Shown one piece after another: positions 11,651-23,429 of a stretch of 64,000 bases of DNA. Both the position numbers and the translations under genes were made by a program. The notes beneath the pieces are model-generated. The model ran no database searches, was not told where the DNA came from, and was given only the letters and a program-made list of their open reading frames with translations. Where the stretch lies: NCBI GenBank assembly GCA_937625935.1, contig OW569365.1, positions 437,658 through 501,657 on the forward strand, read 5' to 3'. The stretch's first letter is position 1, and each line of letters opens with the position of its first letter. Source of the DNA: Tetramitus jugosus. Its lineage: Eukaryota > Protista > Heterolobosea.

Positions 11651-12578
11651 GATAAGTGTTGTGACTTGTTCTTCAAAATCGACTCAATAGGTAATATTTG
11701 TGTGTATGTATGTATATATATATAGTGTTGATCAAGTGAGTATTATTATTATATGTTAGTATGTGTTGTTATTGGTAATGTCGTATTCTAATGTTTAATT
11801 CATAATGTTATTAATGTTGATTATTGGTGGTGTGAAAATGAAAGTGATTATGTCGGTTGTCGTAGTTGCGTAGGGACTTTAAAAAGAGTATAGTACAGTA
11901 GTAGAGCTTCTCAGAGGACGATGATGATGATGATGATATCACAAGTCGTGTGAGGTGTTTGTGACGTTTTCGTGTGGGTATAAAAAGCTTATTGTCTCTC
12001 TCAAAAATAACAAAGTTGATTTTTTTTTTGATTTTTTTTTGGTTGGTTGGTTGGTTGATAAATAGAGGTCTGATTTTTTTGTTGTTGTTGTTGGTTGTTG
12101 TTGTGCTTGCAAATGAAGAAAATGCACTGTTGTGTGTTACAGTGTGCTTTTTTGCTACTTGTTTGCTTTTCCTTTTGATGGTCGAGCAGTCGTGAAGATG
12201 CGGACTGGGTTTTTTTTTCTGGAACCAAACAGCAATCTCCAAGCTGAATGGAAGTTTCTCCTACACGTTTACCGGTGGTTGAAGGTCCGAGAGAGTAACT
12301 TCCCAGGAATTTTTAGATGCGACGAGTCGGTCACAGGCCACGTGCCTCAATGTTTAGGCAAAGGAAACTGTCCGGTTCTGGGGTGATCATTTTGCAGGTG
12401 CTATTCCGGAAATCGCCACAGTGAACAGAACTGTAGTAGGTGCCACGTCAGTAATCTGATCCCAGGAAAGGACTGGTGATGGATGGTGGTTTGCTGCTCA
12501 AAATAATTCCTTCAAGGCCAACCTGATGACTACAATAGTACCAGTAGTCATCAGGTTGATAGTTTGTCCGTGGGTACG

Positions 12579-15410
12579 TCAATCTATGATGGAGCACAAT
12601 GAGAACTGTACACCAACGAGAAACATTGCCTTGTGTTCGGTTGGTATCTGTACGACAGCTCGTTCAAAATCTACATCCAACAACTCAGTACCGGCCAGAG
12701 ACAACAAATCACATGCCCGTTTGAAAATCTCATGAAAACTGGAGAAGCTTCGCCTACCAGATCGAGGATCTGTTCCAACAATCCATGTAAATGTACTGTC
12801 TTGCACAGGTACACAAATCACCAATGGTAGATTCCGAAAGCTAGGTTGTGTATCGGATATAAACATGGCCAATTGACAGAGATTAGAAGTTCCTAGGATC
12901 AGAGAATCACTCAACGATTGCATACCATCATACTGCGGATCAATATCAAACATGGATGATGGTGAGAAAGGGTTCCTGCTCGCACGGATATTCATTGATT
13001 CCAAATCAATGATGTTCACTTGATTGCTAAAGGATGGGAGTCGTGCGGATTCAATGATTTGAGAAGAGCGGAGAAGTGTTCGCTGCGCAGTCAGCGCACC
13101 TGCAATACTCTTTGAGATGAGTTTTGTGTTCCCTCTGAGAAGGAGAAGCGCAGTGGAAAAGACATCTTCCTCCTCCGCTGTCCTCATTGATAAATTATCA
13201 TATATTCGTTCTGATATGGCATGTAAGCAATAAACCATATCACTCGTATTCAATGACACCATTGGGTCATCATAATACTTCTGAAAGCTCTTAACAATAT
13301 ATTGGGACGAGTGACCCAATCCAGACTTTTCAGAATACTTCTTGATGCCGTCGTAGAGCAAAAGTTTGTGATCTGTTGACAAGTCTTTGAATGGTCCTTT
13401 GGCATGGCTCAATGGAATACCACACTCGGTCAAGAAACGCTCGATACAACCCTTTCGCTTCTCCAAATCTCTCTGACCATACTCTGTGTCGTACAGAGAC
13501 AATCGAGCATTGATTTGTTGAGAGTGCAACAGCGACTCGTACAGTGACCAATGTTGATACATGAACAAGTGAATTTCTTGTGGTTTGTACAATAAGTCAC
13601 CACACTCGCGCCTCATTGCCGATTCACTAATCTCTGATTCATTGCGCCATATTCGATTGCAATCATTCTGCAACTGCATCATCACTGCATTATAGAAATC
13701 CATTGAAATCTTCTTCGAGTGCAACTGCTCGGCCAAACCAGTCGCCGCAGCAAACAATAAGCTATTCTTCCATTTCAATTCATCAAACAAGTAATGAACC
13801 TCTGAGTTTCTCAAGGCAAAATACAGAACAACACTCGAAGCGATATGACACTCCTGATTCACATGCAATATGGGAACATAGGAGTTTTGACCGCTGCTTG
13901 CACGACTCGGATGCGATTGATTCGACATGGTAGCAAAACTACACTGAGACCACCTGTCATTATCATCGTTTTCGCTGTCTGGGACCAAATGTTTGTCGTT
14001 GTTTAATTCATCATCACTATCACCGTTACGACCATCCTCCACATTCACATATTGTCGATAAATCCTCTCCAATAACAAATCGTCATCGTCTTCATCATTA
14101 TGCGTACCACCAGCACGAATCGAACTCTCATTTCGAACCAGAAAATCATCGTCATCATCCAAAGTATCGCTCTCAACACTACTCAAATCATCATGACTCA
14201 TTACGTCACTCGTACGATCCGTATCCATCTCCACATCATAGTCGTCATCATTCTCCTCATTTTCACCATTATTAGCACTAGTGGTCCCATTCTTATTATT
14301 GTTGTTCTTTTTTCGTTTGCTCGTCTTCTTTTTCTTCTTCTTCTTCTCTTGTTGTAGTCCAAAGAGCATCGATGCATTCATTGACTTCTCTCCTTGCACA
14401 TCACCACTATCAAAATGAAACGAACTAGCAACAGATGAATACTCCATTGCACAATCATCCATTTGCTTATCATACAATAGATAGAACGACACTGCGGAAT
14501 AAACATTCGGATCCGCTGCTGCTGCTGCTGCAGATGTATCATTCACAGTCATCTTAGTCTTCATATGGTCACTCTTACGACTCTGATAATTATTCTTGGG
14601 AAGAGAAATGGGCCGATTCGGATCGAGAACATACACCTTTGACAAGAGTGGTAATTGTTCAAGTGTAGATATAATATCCGGATGATAACAATTGATCAAG
14701 AACAAGAATTGTTCATTCTTGTTGTAATGTTCATTTTTCAATGGCGATGGCGATGGTGAAAATTGCTTCTTGAGCTGAATGAGTGATTGTTGAATACTGG
14801 AGACTCTCATGAGCTGATATGAAATTTCCAAGTGTTCCAACAGAATCTGAACGAAAACAACAAAAATATTTGTTGTCAATAGTTGTTGGCAAACAAACAA
14901 ACAAAAAATTTCACACAAAAAGCTCTCTCGCTTAATAGAAAAAAAAACAACATGTGTGTATCGATAGGAAGAAAGACGTACTGTGAGAATGTAGAGCGTG
15001 CAAATGGAATCTGCATCTTGACCAACCATGATAAACACTCGTGAGCGATATTGACATCGATGATGAAAATCCTTGAGTGATGAAATAAAGTGATGAAATT
15101 GGGATTGACCATCTATAATTCTCTCTTGCTGTTGTTGCTGTTGAATGTTTGATGATGATGATGATGATGGACTCTTTTTCTTCTTGTTAAGAGCAGAGTA
15201 GGGAGATTTGAGTGATAGTGGTGATAGTGATAAGAATGGTGATGATGGTGATGGTGATGGAGATGGTGATGTTAGTGACGGTGGTGGTGGTAGTCTCACT
15301 GTGAGTGATGATGATGACAATGACACATTTTCTTCTGCTGCTTCTGCTTCTTCTTCTTGTTGATTTTTCCTTCGATATTTGTGGTGAACCAAGGCATTGG
15401 CATCACTCAT
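12579..15410 (-). CDS. CDC45: CDC45-like replication factor; probable in-frame intron 14847-14981
   Basis: VFIMVGQDADSICTLYIL, LINC, VLDPNRP, an acidic insert and LFMYQHWSLYESLLHS are CDC45 hallmarks. Removing GTACGT…TTCAG restores ILT|ILLEHLEISYQL. Confidence 0.8.
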   Translation of the reverse strand: MSDANALVHHKYRRKNQQEEEAEAAEENVSLSSSSLTVRLPPPPSLTSPSPSPSPSSPFLSLSPLSLKSPYSALNKKKKSPSSSSSSNIQQQQQQERIIDGQSQFHHFISSLKDFHHRCQYRSRVFIMVGQDADSICTLYILTVRLSSYRYTHVVFFSIKRESFLCEIFCLFVCQQLLTTNIFVVFVQILLEHLEISYQLMRVSSIQQSLIQLKKQFSPSPSPLKNEHYNKNEQFLFLINCYHPDIISTLEQLPLLSKVYVLDPNRPISLPKNNYQSRKSDHMKTKMTVNDTSAAAAAADPNVYSAVSFYLLYDKQMDDCAMEYSSVASSFHFDSGDVQGEKSMNASMLFGLQQEKKKKKKKTSKRKKNNNNKNGTTSANNGENEENDDDYDVEMDTDRTSDVMSHDDLSSVESDTLDDDDDFLVRNESSIRAGGTHNDEDDDDLLLERIYRQYVNVEDGRNGDSDDELNNDKHLVPDSENDDNDRWSQCSFATMSNQSHPSRASSGQNSYVPILHVNQECHIASSVVLYFALRNSEVHYLFDELKWKNSLLFAAATGLAEQLHSKKISMDFYNAVMMQLQNDCNRIWRNESEISESAMRRECGDLLYKPQEIHLFMYQHWSLYESLLHSQQINARLSLYDTEYGQRDLEKRKGCIERFLTECGIPLSHAKGPFKDLSTDHKLLLYDGIKKYSEKSGLGHSSQYIVKSFQKYYDDPMVSLNTSDMVYCLHAISERIYDNLSMRTAEEEDVFSTALLLLRGNTKLISKSIAGALTAQRTLLRSSQIIESARLPSFSNQVNIIDLESMNIRASRNPFSPSSMFDIDPQYDGMQSLSDSLILGTSNLCQLAMFISDTQPSFRNLPLVICVPVQDSTFTWIVGTDPRSGRRSFSSFHEIFKRACDLLSLAGTELLDVDFERAVVQIPTEHKAMFLVGVQFSLCSIID

Positions 15411-15647
15411 AATATAATTAAAATGTTGTTATTGGATGGAATTCAGCAGCAGCAAGCATACAAAATATATGAATGCTGTATTTGTGTCTCACTCTTTGTG
15501 TCTGACAGTGAATGATCAGTGCGCTGCTTGTCGTTCAATTTTTCGATTGCTTTTTGGACATCGTTTTGGTTGAAACTTCATGGATGACATCGGAGAATGC
15601 AGATGGCGAATACAACAAACAACAAAAAGATTTATAGAGAGATATTA

Positions 15648-18161
15648 TCATTGAGGACGAATTTGAGACGCTTGGAACAGCACATGACTAAGAGCTTCAC
15701 CACATTGTTTTTGTAACTTTGGACTCAAGACAACAGTGGCATGAGGATGCGTGTGTTTTTCATACTCTTGCGGATTGCAGAATATTTCGGCATCAGTGTT
15801 CTCATCGACTGTTGTTGAGTCCATAATGGCTAAATTATCCGGGGAATTCTTCTTCATGTATTCTGTGTTTTCTTGCATCCTTGCTTGTAATTTTTGCATT
15901 GGCGAAGCTGGAATGATTTGTAGATTAGTGCTGTCCTCTTGCTGTTCATTGTCAGATATCTGCATTGTCGAATGATCTCCACTCGATGATGGAAGGAAGT
16001 CCACTTTCAAGTACTTTCTCAAATCTTCATTGTCTCGAAGAAAGTGCTCTGGTGGCCACACTGGGGACGTTGTCTTATGAGCACTACTCTGACTCAAGAC
16101 ATCCAAACCATCAAATTGTAAATCGTCGGATGCATCTTGAGGAGGTGATTCCAAACCTTCAATTATCATTGATTTCTGATCTCGTTTGGTTAATGCATAC
16201 AAGTCTTCGATCTGAATGATTTGATCATACGTACCTGTATCTATATTGTTGTCCGATTTGCTGAGAGATCTTCTCAAGTCCAATGAATCCATATCCATTT
16301 TTCGTCGATTCATCACATCGGCCAGTTTCACAGATAAATCTTGAATGTCTTGCTGATAACTCGTATCAACAGAGTCTACCGCCTGTCGAAAGATTAATTC
16401 TTCAATCAGACAATCCATTATATCGGTAATCAAGGCGTGCTTGCTGGAGATTACTTCTAATCCTTCATACACCTTGAGAGTGTCGCTAATTGATTTTAGT
16501 AGCTCTTCTTCTCGGCTGCCGATTTTGTCAGCACTAAAAACACTCAAAGCAATCTTAAATAATATTAAGCTTAACTGTTTGAGTACATCTTTCGAGAATG
16601 TATCAATTTGATTCGAATTGCAAAATGAGAATACAGAGAGAGTAATGTCATGGCGGAGACGAAGCAATACTTCTTCGTTCACTTTTGGCATTGGACTCAA
16701 TTCTGAAGTGGTTTCTTCTTCTGGCTCGTCGTTTGACTTTGATTGTTCCATTGTTTGAATTGCTTTTGGAGAAGCTGTGCGCTGAGAAGCCATGGATTGT
16801 TGGTTGTTTTCTTTCTTCTCCTCTTCCTTAAACTGATCAAAATGACTCAAAAGTTTAAGGAGGCTCTCCTTCTTACTGTCTTGTAGATTATTGGCTCCTC
16901 TCAGGAGAAGATAGACAAATTCCAAGTTCGACTTGTTGTTGACCATTAAATCTTCAAATTCTTGAACAACAGAGTTCACATCGTTATCCTCTCTTTCATC
17001 TCGAGTGTCATCATCTTCTTGAATGTTTGAAACTGTATCTAATACTTGCTCCTCTGCTTCATTATCTTCATTGTCAGAGCCTCCTAAATCTCCAAAGTTT
17101 GACTCAAACTCTTTCAAAAATTGTTGGAGAAAGATGCTTTTGAGCTCTTGTGTTGGAAGTTGTGCAGACTCACTGACGCCCTCCTTCAAGAGCAGCAGTG
17201 CTTGTTGAGCTCTAACAAGATCCATTCTTATTTGTTCTGCCTCTTTGACCTCATTGCTCGCTCTTTGTTGCCTATTCCAAGACGCGATTCTCTCAGCTGA
17301 TTTGCTGTTTGTTTCTACCTTTCTTGTTTCCTCTTGTTTCTTTTGGCTCCGGGGAGGAGATGGTCTCACCTTTGGAGAAGACAACTCAATAAAATTCGAC
17401 TTTACCAATCTCATGTTGGCTCTCGTTCTGTGCAGTTCTTCAATCTGCTTGTCCATTTCTTGAATGTAATTGAGATATTCACTCTTCTTCTTCAATATCC
17501 ACTTCATTCTTTGATCGAGAGCATCCTCAGTCTTTTTCAAGCAATCATTTACTTCGTTGACGCTTCTTTCATTCTCTGAATATTTGTGTGTTGGCTCTCA
17601 TGTCTTAGAAGAATTTAAACACGCAAATGAAACATTTTGATAGATCATACCTTGTTCATCTTCATCACAAAGCATAAAACGACTAGTTAGTAGTCTTGAG
17701 TTGCTCCTGTTCACTGCAGTGCTCTGTGGAGTTCTAAACACTTGTGTTTCTTCTTCATAATCACTCTCCTCACCTTGTTCTTGTTCTTCTCCTTCCTCCT
17801 CCTCCTCGTCATCATCATGGTAATCCACCTCACCAGTCATAGCTTCCTGAATTTCAACTTGTTCTCGATCTTCTCCTTGGTCTTCTCTGTCATCATCATC
17901 ATCATCAAACCCTAGTCTTTGTCCATCATTATGATGGCCACGATGAGTGTCAGAATCAAGCTCATATCGACTTGAAGCAGACTGGATAGAGTCATACAGT
18001 TGACTGTGCTGCTTTTCGAGCTCTTCCTTCTCTCTTGTGAGTCTCATGAGCTCTTGTAGCAGAGCTTGTTGTTCATAGGCTGATTGGAGCTGTTCTTGTA
18101 GCTCGTTTTTCTGCTCTATGATTCTATTGTACACTTGGTGTTGCTGAGGTGGAGATGGCAT
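15648..18161 (-). CDS. Acidic coiled-coil protein with PCM1 C-terminal-like segment; 2 exons
   Basis: ORFs 17598-18161 and 15648-17540 join in frame through intron 17576-17650 (GTATGA…TTCAG). The segment ISDTLKVYEG…LITDIMDCLIEELIFRQAVDSVD resembles PCM1_C. Confidence 0.6.
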
Positions 18162-18555
18162 GTTGTGTTCAGGTGTTTGTTGGGTATCAATACTGGTGAA
18201 TAATATTTTTGTGTATCAAGAGAGTGGATGATGCGATGTTGATGCCTTACGGTGTAAAAAAAAGTTGCTCTCCCGCGCTCATTTCTCGCGCCGTAAGGAG
18301 TAAAGTATCAAAGAAGCATGCACCGCTTGCAACAGTGACATTACAAATATGCTCCCGAGTAGAGATTGCAAGTCGTAAAATTGAACTAGTTTTTTTATCC
18401 TCCAGGATTTGTAAAGTTGGTTGATGGGTGCGATTTGTAAAGCCTGCCATCAAGCCCACAAATATCTTCGCAGGACGAATACAATATACAACGAACAATG
18501 CATTGTTCTTGTAGCTGTTTGTTTTTGGTGCATCACATGGATTCCTTCCATCGGG

Positions 18556-19910
18556 TTAGAACGCAGGACCTTGTGCCTTCTTTCTGTTGGCCAATCCGGT
18601 AGACAGATTGAACAACATGGCATCCAAGAGACCACTCACAGTAAACACACCACCCACAATTGCACAAATGCTCACCAAAAAGTGAGTAAAGCTTCTGTTT
18701 TGTTCCTTGATGTGTACCATGATTGGACTCAAATCATAAATGAAAAAGATTCCAGGTACAACATTTGGATGGTGGGCATTCTTTGGTCTCGTGTGCTGAG
18801 TCACAGAGTACTGATTCGACACAATCTGTTCACCATTGGCAAACTCATAAATCGTTGGCACCACCTTGACAAAGTATTGATAGAGAGCTGAGCCTTCAGC
18901 CACCACTTTGACCGTATCGTCCAACGGATTCGTAATACCAGGATAGTATTCACCAAATCCCAATGAGTGAATCACATGAGTCGTGTTGAAATGTTCCAAC
19001 TCGAACGGTGTGTAATCATGAATGTGCGTGTGTGCTCTCTGGAATGTTTTTCCCGGTGTAAAATGAAAATTACCAGCCACCTTGTTGACAGAAAAGTGCC
19101 CGTGCAGGTTGCATCCCTCCTGTTTGGCATACTTTACCTTTCTCTCCAAAATCTCAGCATAGCACTGTTCAATGTCATCAGTCGGAGTAAATGCCCAACC
19201 CTTCTTACGATAGGCTTCTCTCACTTCATCACAATTTCGGCAACATTGACCAGGTGTAATCTCTGCACCGTAGCATGGACCACAATAGTTTGGATCCGCC
19301 AATTTTTTTGCCTTTTCAATCTTTTCAGTCTGTGTGGGATCAATGTTGATTGCATCCTTTTCTTCCTTGTGTTCCTCTAGTGGTGCACCACTGAGAGACA
19401 ATCGTTGCTTATAAACTGTGTGTGCAATGTTCAATTGATAGTCTCCACTCACATCCATCAAATCCAAATTGAGAGCTAACCATCATCATCATCATCACAT
19501 ATGTATGTTTGTATTTTTTTGTTGTTGTTGTTTGTCGTTCATCGTATGATTAAAGGAAAAAAAAAAGCAGAGTGAGCAAAGCAACATCATCTTGAAAAAG
19601 TGAAACAAGTGTCTCTCTCATATGAGAGAGACAGATGATCCATCTATAGATAATATACAATATACGTACCATCACAGCTAATTGCAGGAAAAGTAATGTT
19701 CAGATAGATGGGAATGGTTTGAGTGTGAGACGTGTCGACATACAACTCATCCATTCTCTCTACACTCGTATAGAGCATAAATTCACTGACTACTAATACA
19801 AATACAACAATGATGGCAATGATGGAGATGGCTCCTCCAGTCAATGTTCTCACACGAAAATCATCCAATGTTTTTGGATAAATGTCAAGTGACTTGAAAT
19901 TGTTGAGCAT
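18556..19910 (-). CDS. ERGIC3: ER-Golgi intermediate compartment protein 3 / Erv46; 2 exons
   Basis: LDIYPKT…TLTGGAIS, CGPCYGA…CCRNCDEVREAY, EGCNLHG…VNKVAGNFH, PGIFFIYDLSPI, two TMs. Intron at 19476-19669 (GTACGT…TAG). Confidence 0.92.
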
Positions 19911-20172
19911 GATTGATGATGTTGATGATGATGTTGATTCAAAAAACAAACTCTTAGATAGATGAGATCAACTAATTAGTCAAGAAAATGGATTTTTTTT
20001 TTGTGATTGAGCAATTTTTTTGGCCGCGGTTTTGATTTTTGGACGCGTGTTGTTCATTGAAGATGACAAAAACTCCGGCTATTTGAGGGCTTTTTCACAT
20101 GCTGAGATCTCTTGCTCAGAATTTATCCTTTATTCACACAGCAACAACAACGAATAACACAATAACGACACA

Positions 20173-21282
20173 ATGACAAGCGGCAACAATCAACAAAGGT
20201 TGTTCATTGTTGATTACAAGAGTCTAATTGCTGGTGTCATTAGTGGTGGTACCTCCAATCTCATTCTGCATCCACTGGATTCCATTAAAACAAGGATTCA
20301 AGCTGCAGGCAGAGGACAAAAAGCTTCTGCAAGGTCTCACATTGGTCTATGGAACACTGTTTTATTCACTCGTGACTTGTTGAAAAATGAAGGTGGTTGG
20401 CGCGTGCTCTATCAAGGCCTGGGAAGCTCCGTGTTTGGCGCGAGCGCCTCCTGGGGACTCTATTTCCTCATTTACAATAGCTCGAAAAATTATTTTCTGT
20501 CCAGAGGTGAGCTTTCATCTGATTCTGGGTCTGATTCTTCAGTTGCAGTTGGAGCGACAAGTGTCAAAAAACAGGGTCATGATCTTCCGACGAGCTTGTT
20601 GTTGGCTTCCAGTCTCAATGCAGGTGTCATTACGACGTTGATTACTCATCCGATATGGTTAGTGAAGACAAGGCTTCAATTGCAGCAGAGAATGGCACCA
20701 CCCAGTGTGACTTCTGTTGCAGCAGAGAGTATCAATGGAGGTGGTGCTAGCAATGCGGTGAGATACAAGGGAACAGTAGATGGATTGATTAAGATTGCAA
20801 CACAAGAAGGTTTGACCAAGGGATTATATATGGGATTGATGCCATCAATGTTCTTGATTAGTCATGGCGTTATTCACTTTGTACTCTATGATTCGATGAA
20901 ATATTTGTATTTTAAGAAAAAGTCGAGTGAGAATGGTGAGGAGGATCAGAGATTGAACTCTGTAGAATCATTTATCATGGCTGGAGCTTCGAAATCAGTT
21001 GCTGCTCTCTGCACCTATCCATTCCAAGTGATCAAAACAAGAATGCAGGACTCGCGAAACAGCGCCAATGCAGCACTGAGTGGCAATCAGCCTAATTTTG
21101 TGCGGTATAATAGTATGTCGGATGCTGTAATCAAAATGTACAGAACAGAAGGAATGTCTTCATTCTTTAGAGGTATTATTCCTCATGTCATTCGTGTTAC
21201 TCCTGCTGGTGCAATCACTTTTACGATATATGAATTTGTTTCCAATATTCTGTCCTCGGTAGAGAGGAAACGGGAAGTGTAA
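20173..21282 (+). CDS. Mitochondrial folate/FAD/NAD-type carrier (SLC25A32/Flx1-like)
   Basis: PLDSIKTR, SWGLYF, HPIWLVKTRLQLQ, HGVIHF, YPFQVIKTRMQ, RVTPA. Confidence 0.88.
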   Translation: MTSGNNQQRLFIVDYKSLIAGVISGGTSNLILHPLDSIKTRIQAAGRGQKASARSHIGLWNTVLFTRDLLKNEGGWRVLYQGLGSSVFGASASWGLYFLIYNSSKNYFLSRGELSSDSGSDSSVAVGATSVKKQGHDLPTSLLLASSLNAGVITTLITHPIWLVKTRLQLQQRMAPPSVTSVAAESINGGGASNAVRYKGTVDGLIKIATQEGLTKGLYMGLMPSMFLISHGVIHFVLYDSMKYLYFKKKSSENGEEDQRLNSVESFIMAGASKSVAALCTYPFQVIKTRMQDSRNSANAALSGNQPNFVRYNSMSDAVIKMYRTEGMSSFFRGIIPHVIRVTPAGAITFTIYEFVSNILSSVERKREV

Positions 21283-21393
21283 CAATGAATGCCATGTATG
21301 TGGATTCAATAGTATCACAACGAAATACTAATTTATTTTGGGTGGCAAACGCGCTGTCTCATTCTCAGCTCTCTTATTGGTGCGATTCAATGT

Positions 21394-23323
21394 TCAATTG
21401 TAGCGCCAGAGGAACATTGCTCCTTCGGAGCCCACACTAGCAATAAATCTCGAGTCTGGAGAGAACTTAACTTTCGTTATATTGCCACTGTGACCTGCAC
21501 CCATTTTCTCAATCTCACCCATGTCATAATGCCACAAGTTTACGTACTTATCATAACCGCCTGTGACAAAGTATTGTCCATCGGGTGACATATCAAGGGC
21601 AAAAATTTCATTGTGTTCTGATTCTGGCATCTCTCGAATTGCTGAGCAGTCATATGCATCCCAGTAAGTAATTTGTTTATCACTACCGCATGTGACAATC
21701 TGGCTCTCATCATTCAAGTATCTCGCCTGCTTAAAGTAAGTCTGAGCGTACATGATATTGCTTCTGACGAATCTCTCCAAGCTCCAAACAATACAGGAAC
21801 CATCATCACTGGCAGTGATACACTCAGAGTTATCCTTCCTGATATCTATGGAATTGATAGTAGCCTTGTGTTCCTTCATGCTAGCCACAAGTGTCTGGGT
21901 GGACGGCGATATTTGCCATACTCTTACTTGTCCATCAGAACCACCACTGACAATTCTTGACCCATCGTTTGTCATGGCAATTGCAGTCACTCCAACCAAT
22001 GCCCCTGATATCTTCTTTAGTCCTGTGATTTTATGTGCGTCATTAATCACATAGAGTAATTTACCGGATTGAGGTCCAAAAGCTCTGATCTTTCCATCAC
22101 TCCATCCACTCACAATGCTCTTACCACTTGGACTGAAACAAACACAGTTACACTCCAAGTTATCTACTCGAATTCGCAAGAGTTCCTTGCATTTCACGGC
22201 ATTCCATAAGCGGATATCATTCACCGAACAAGTGGCGATAATTTCACTAGTTCCGAGAGGATAAGCGATATCGTTGATTCTTTCATTATGACAAGTAGTG
22301 AGGAGAGTCGCATTGAGTTCTCGGCCAGAAACTAGATATATAACGGATTCAGATGTTCCACACATGTAAGTGAAGGACCCAAAAGGAGCAATGCTTGTTA
22401 CTCCTCCCATGAGTTTCTTACTAACAACTTTGAGCAAGTTTTGCTTGCTCAACACACAGATAGATCCATCTCCGCCACCGATAATCAGATTTCCATCATT
22501 TGTAAAAGCGATACTGAGTACACCTTTAGAGATGGGTTGCTTTGGACCTGCAAACTTGAAATTCTTTGGTCCTTGCATCTGCACACAGAGAACATCCCCA
22601 CTTGTTGTTCCACAATACACATATTGATCATCTTCATCGAGAGCCAGACAAGTAATGACACGTTTCAATTGTCCCATTTTACAGTCATGTGGAATCATAT
22701 TCCTGTTCTCATAATCAACCTCCCATACTCGCATCAAGTACTTTCCTCCAGTGACAATGAAACGAGGATCGCCATGGAAGAATGAAATACAATTACCCAA
22801 GTTTGGACTCACGCCTCCACAGATTGCCTTTCCAGTTTTGACATCCCATATTGTAATATTGTTGTCATCTTGACCACCAATACTGACCAACATTTGTTCA
22901 TTGTCACTGAAAGCAAGAGCTTCAACCTTCACCTTGTGCAGTGTCATTCTATGCAAGATAGTACCAGATTCATAGTCCCACAAGATCACATCAGCCTACT
23001 CCAACAAATGTGAGACTTCAATTCATATTATCTAGCAAAAGAACACAAATGAACATTACCTTGAATCCCATATGAGTGGACTGTCCACTGGCGATATATC
23101 TTCCACTTCTTGAGATGGCAATGCAAGAAACAGGTCCATTCTCATGCCCCCTCAAGAATTTAGTATTGAAAGAATTGTCAATTTCCTTGAGAATAATGGT
23201 GCTTCCCAATGGATAAATCATGTGCTTTCCATCAGGATGAACTTGAAGTCCGTTTGGAACAGAACCTCCAAATCCAATCACAGAGTAGATATCCAAACGC
23301 TTGGCATTGTTTCCTTGTTGCAT
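21394..23323 (-). CDS. CFAP52: Cilia- and flagella-associated protein 52 (WD40); 2 exons
   Basis: VIGFGGSVPNGL…YPLG, THMGFK|ADVILWD, GWSDGKIRAFGPQSG. Intron at 22996-23059 (GTAATG…TAG). Confidence 0.92.
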
Positions 23324-23420
23324 TTTTCTCAGAAAAAAGTCTTAATACGAAAGCTCTCTATTTTCTTTGTTCACTGGTTAGAATTTCCCTCTTGTTCTCA
23401 AATTACTGTAGTCCTGAAAT

Positions 23421-23429
23421 GGCGGGAAA
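23421..23429 (-). promoter_or_regulatory. E2F/DP-type site TTTCCCGCC upstream of CFAP52
   Basis: Exact 9-mer 98 nt upstream of the CFAP52 ATG, the same as at CFAP58. Confidence 0.4.

Noticed and set aside
11811-12242. ORFs in the kinase upstream region
   Set aside because: Low-complexity A/C tracts with non-ATG starts; probably UTR.
12190-12560. Structured ncRNA in GC-richer intergenic stretches (also 44100-44450 and 58750-59000)
   Set aside because: No snRNA, snoRNA, SRP or RNase P/MRP motifs could be recognised; an Infernal/Rfam scan would be needed.
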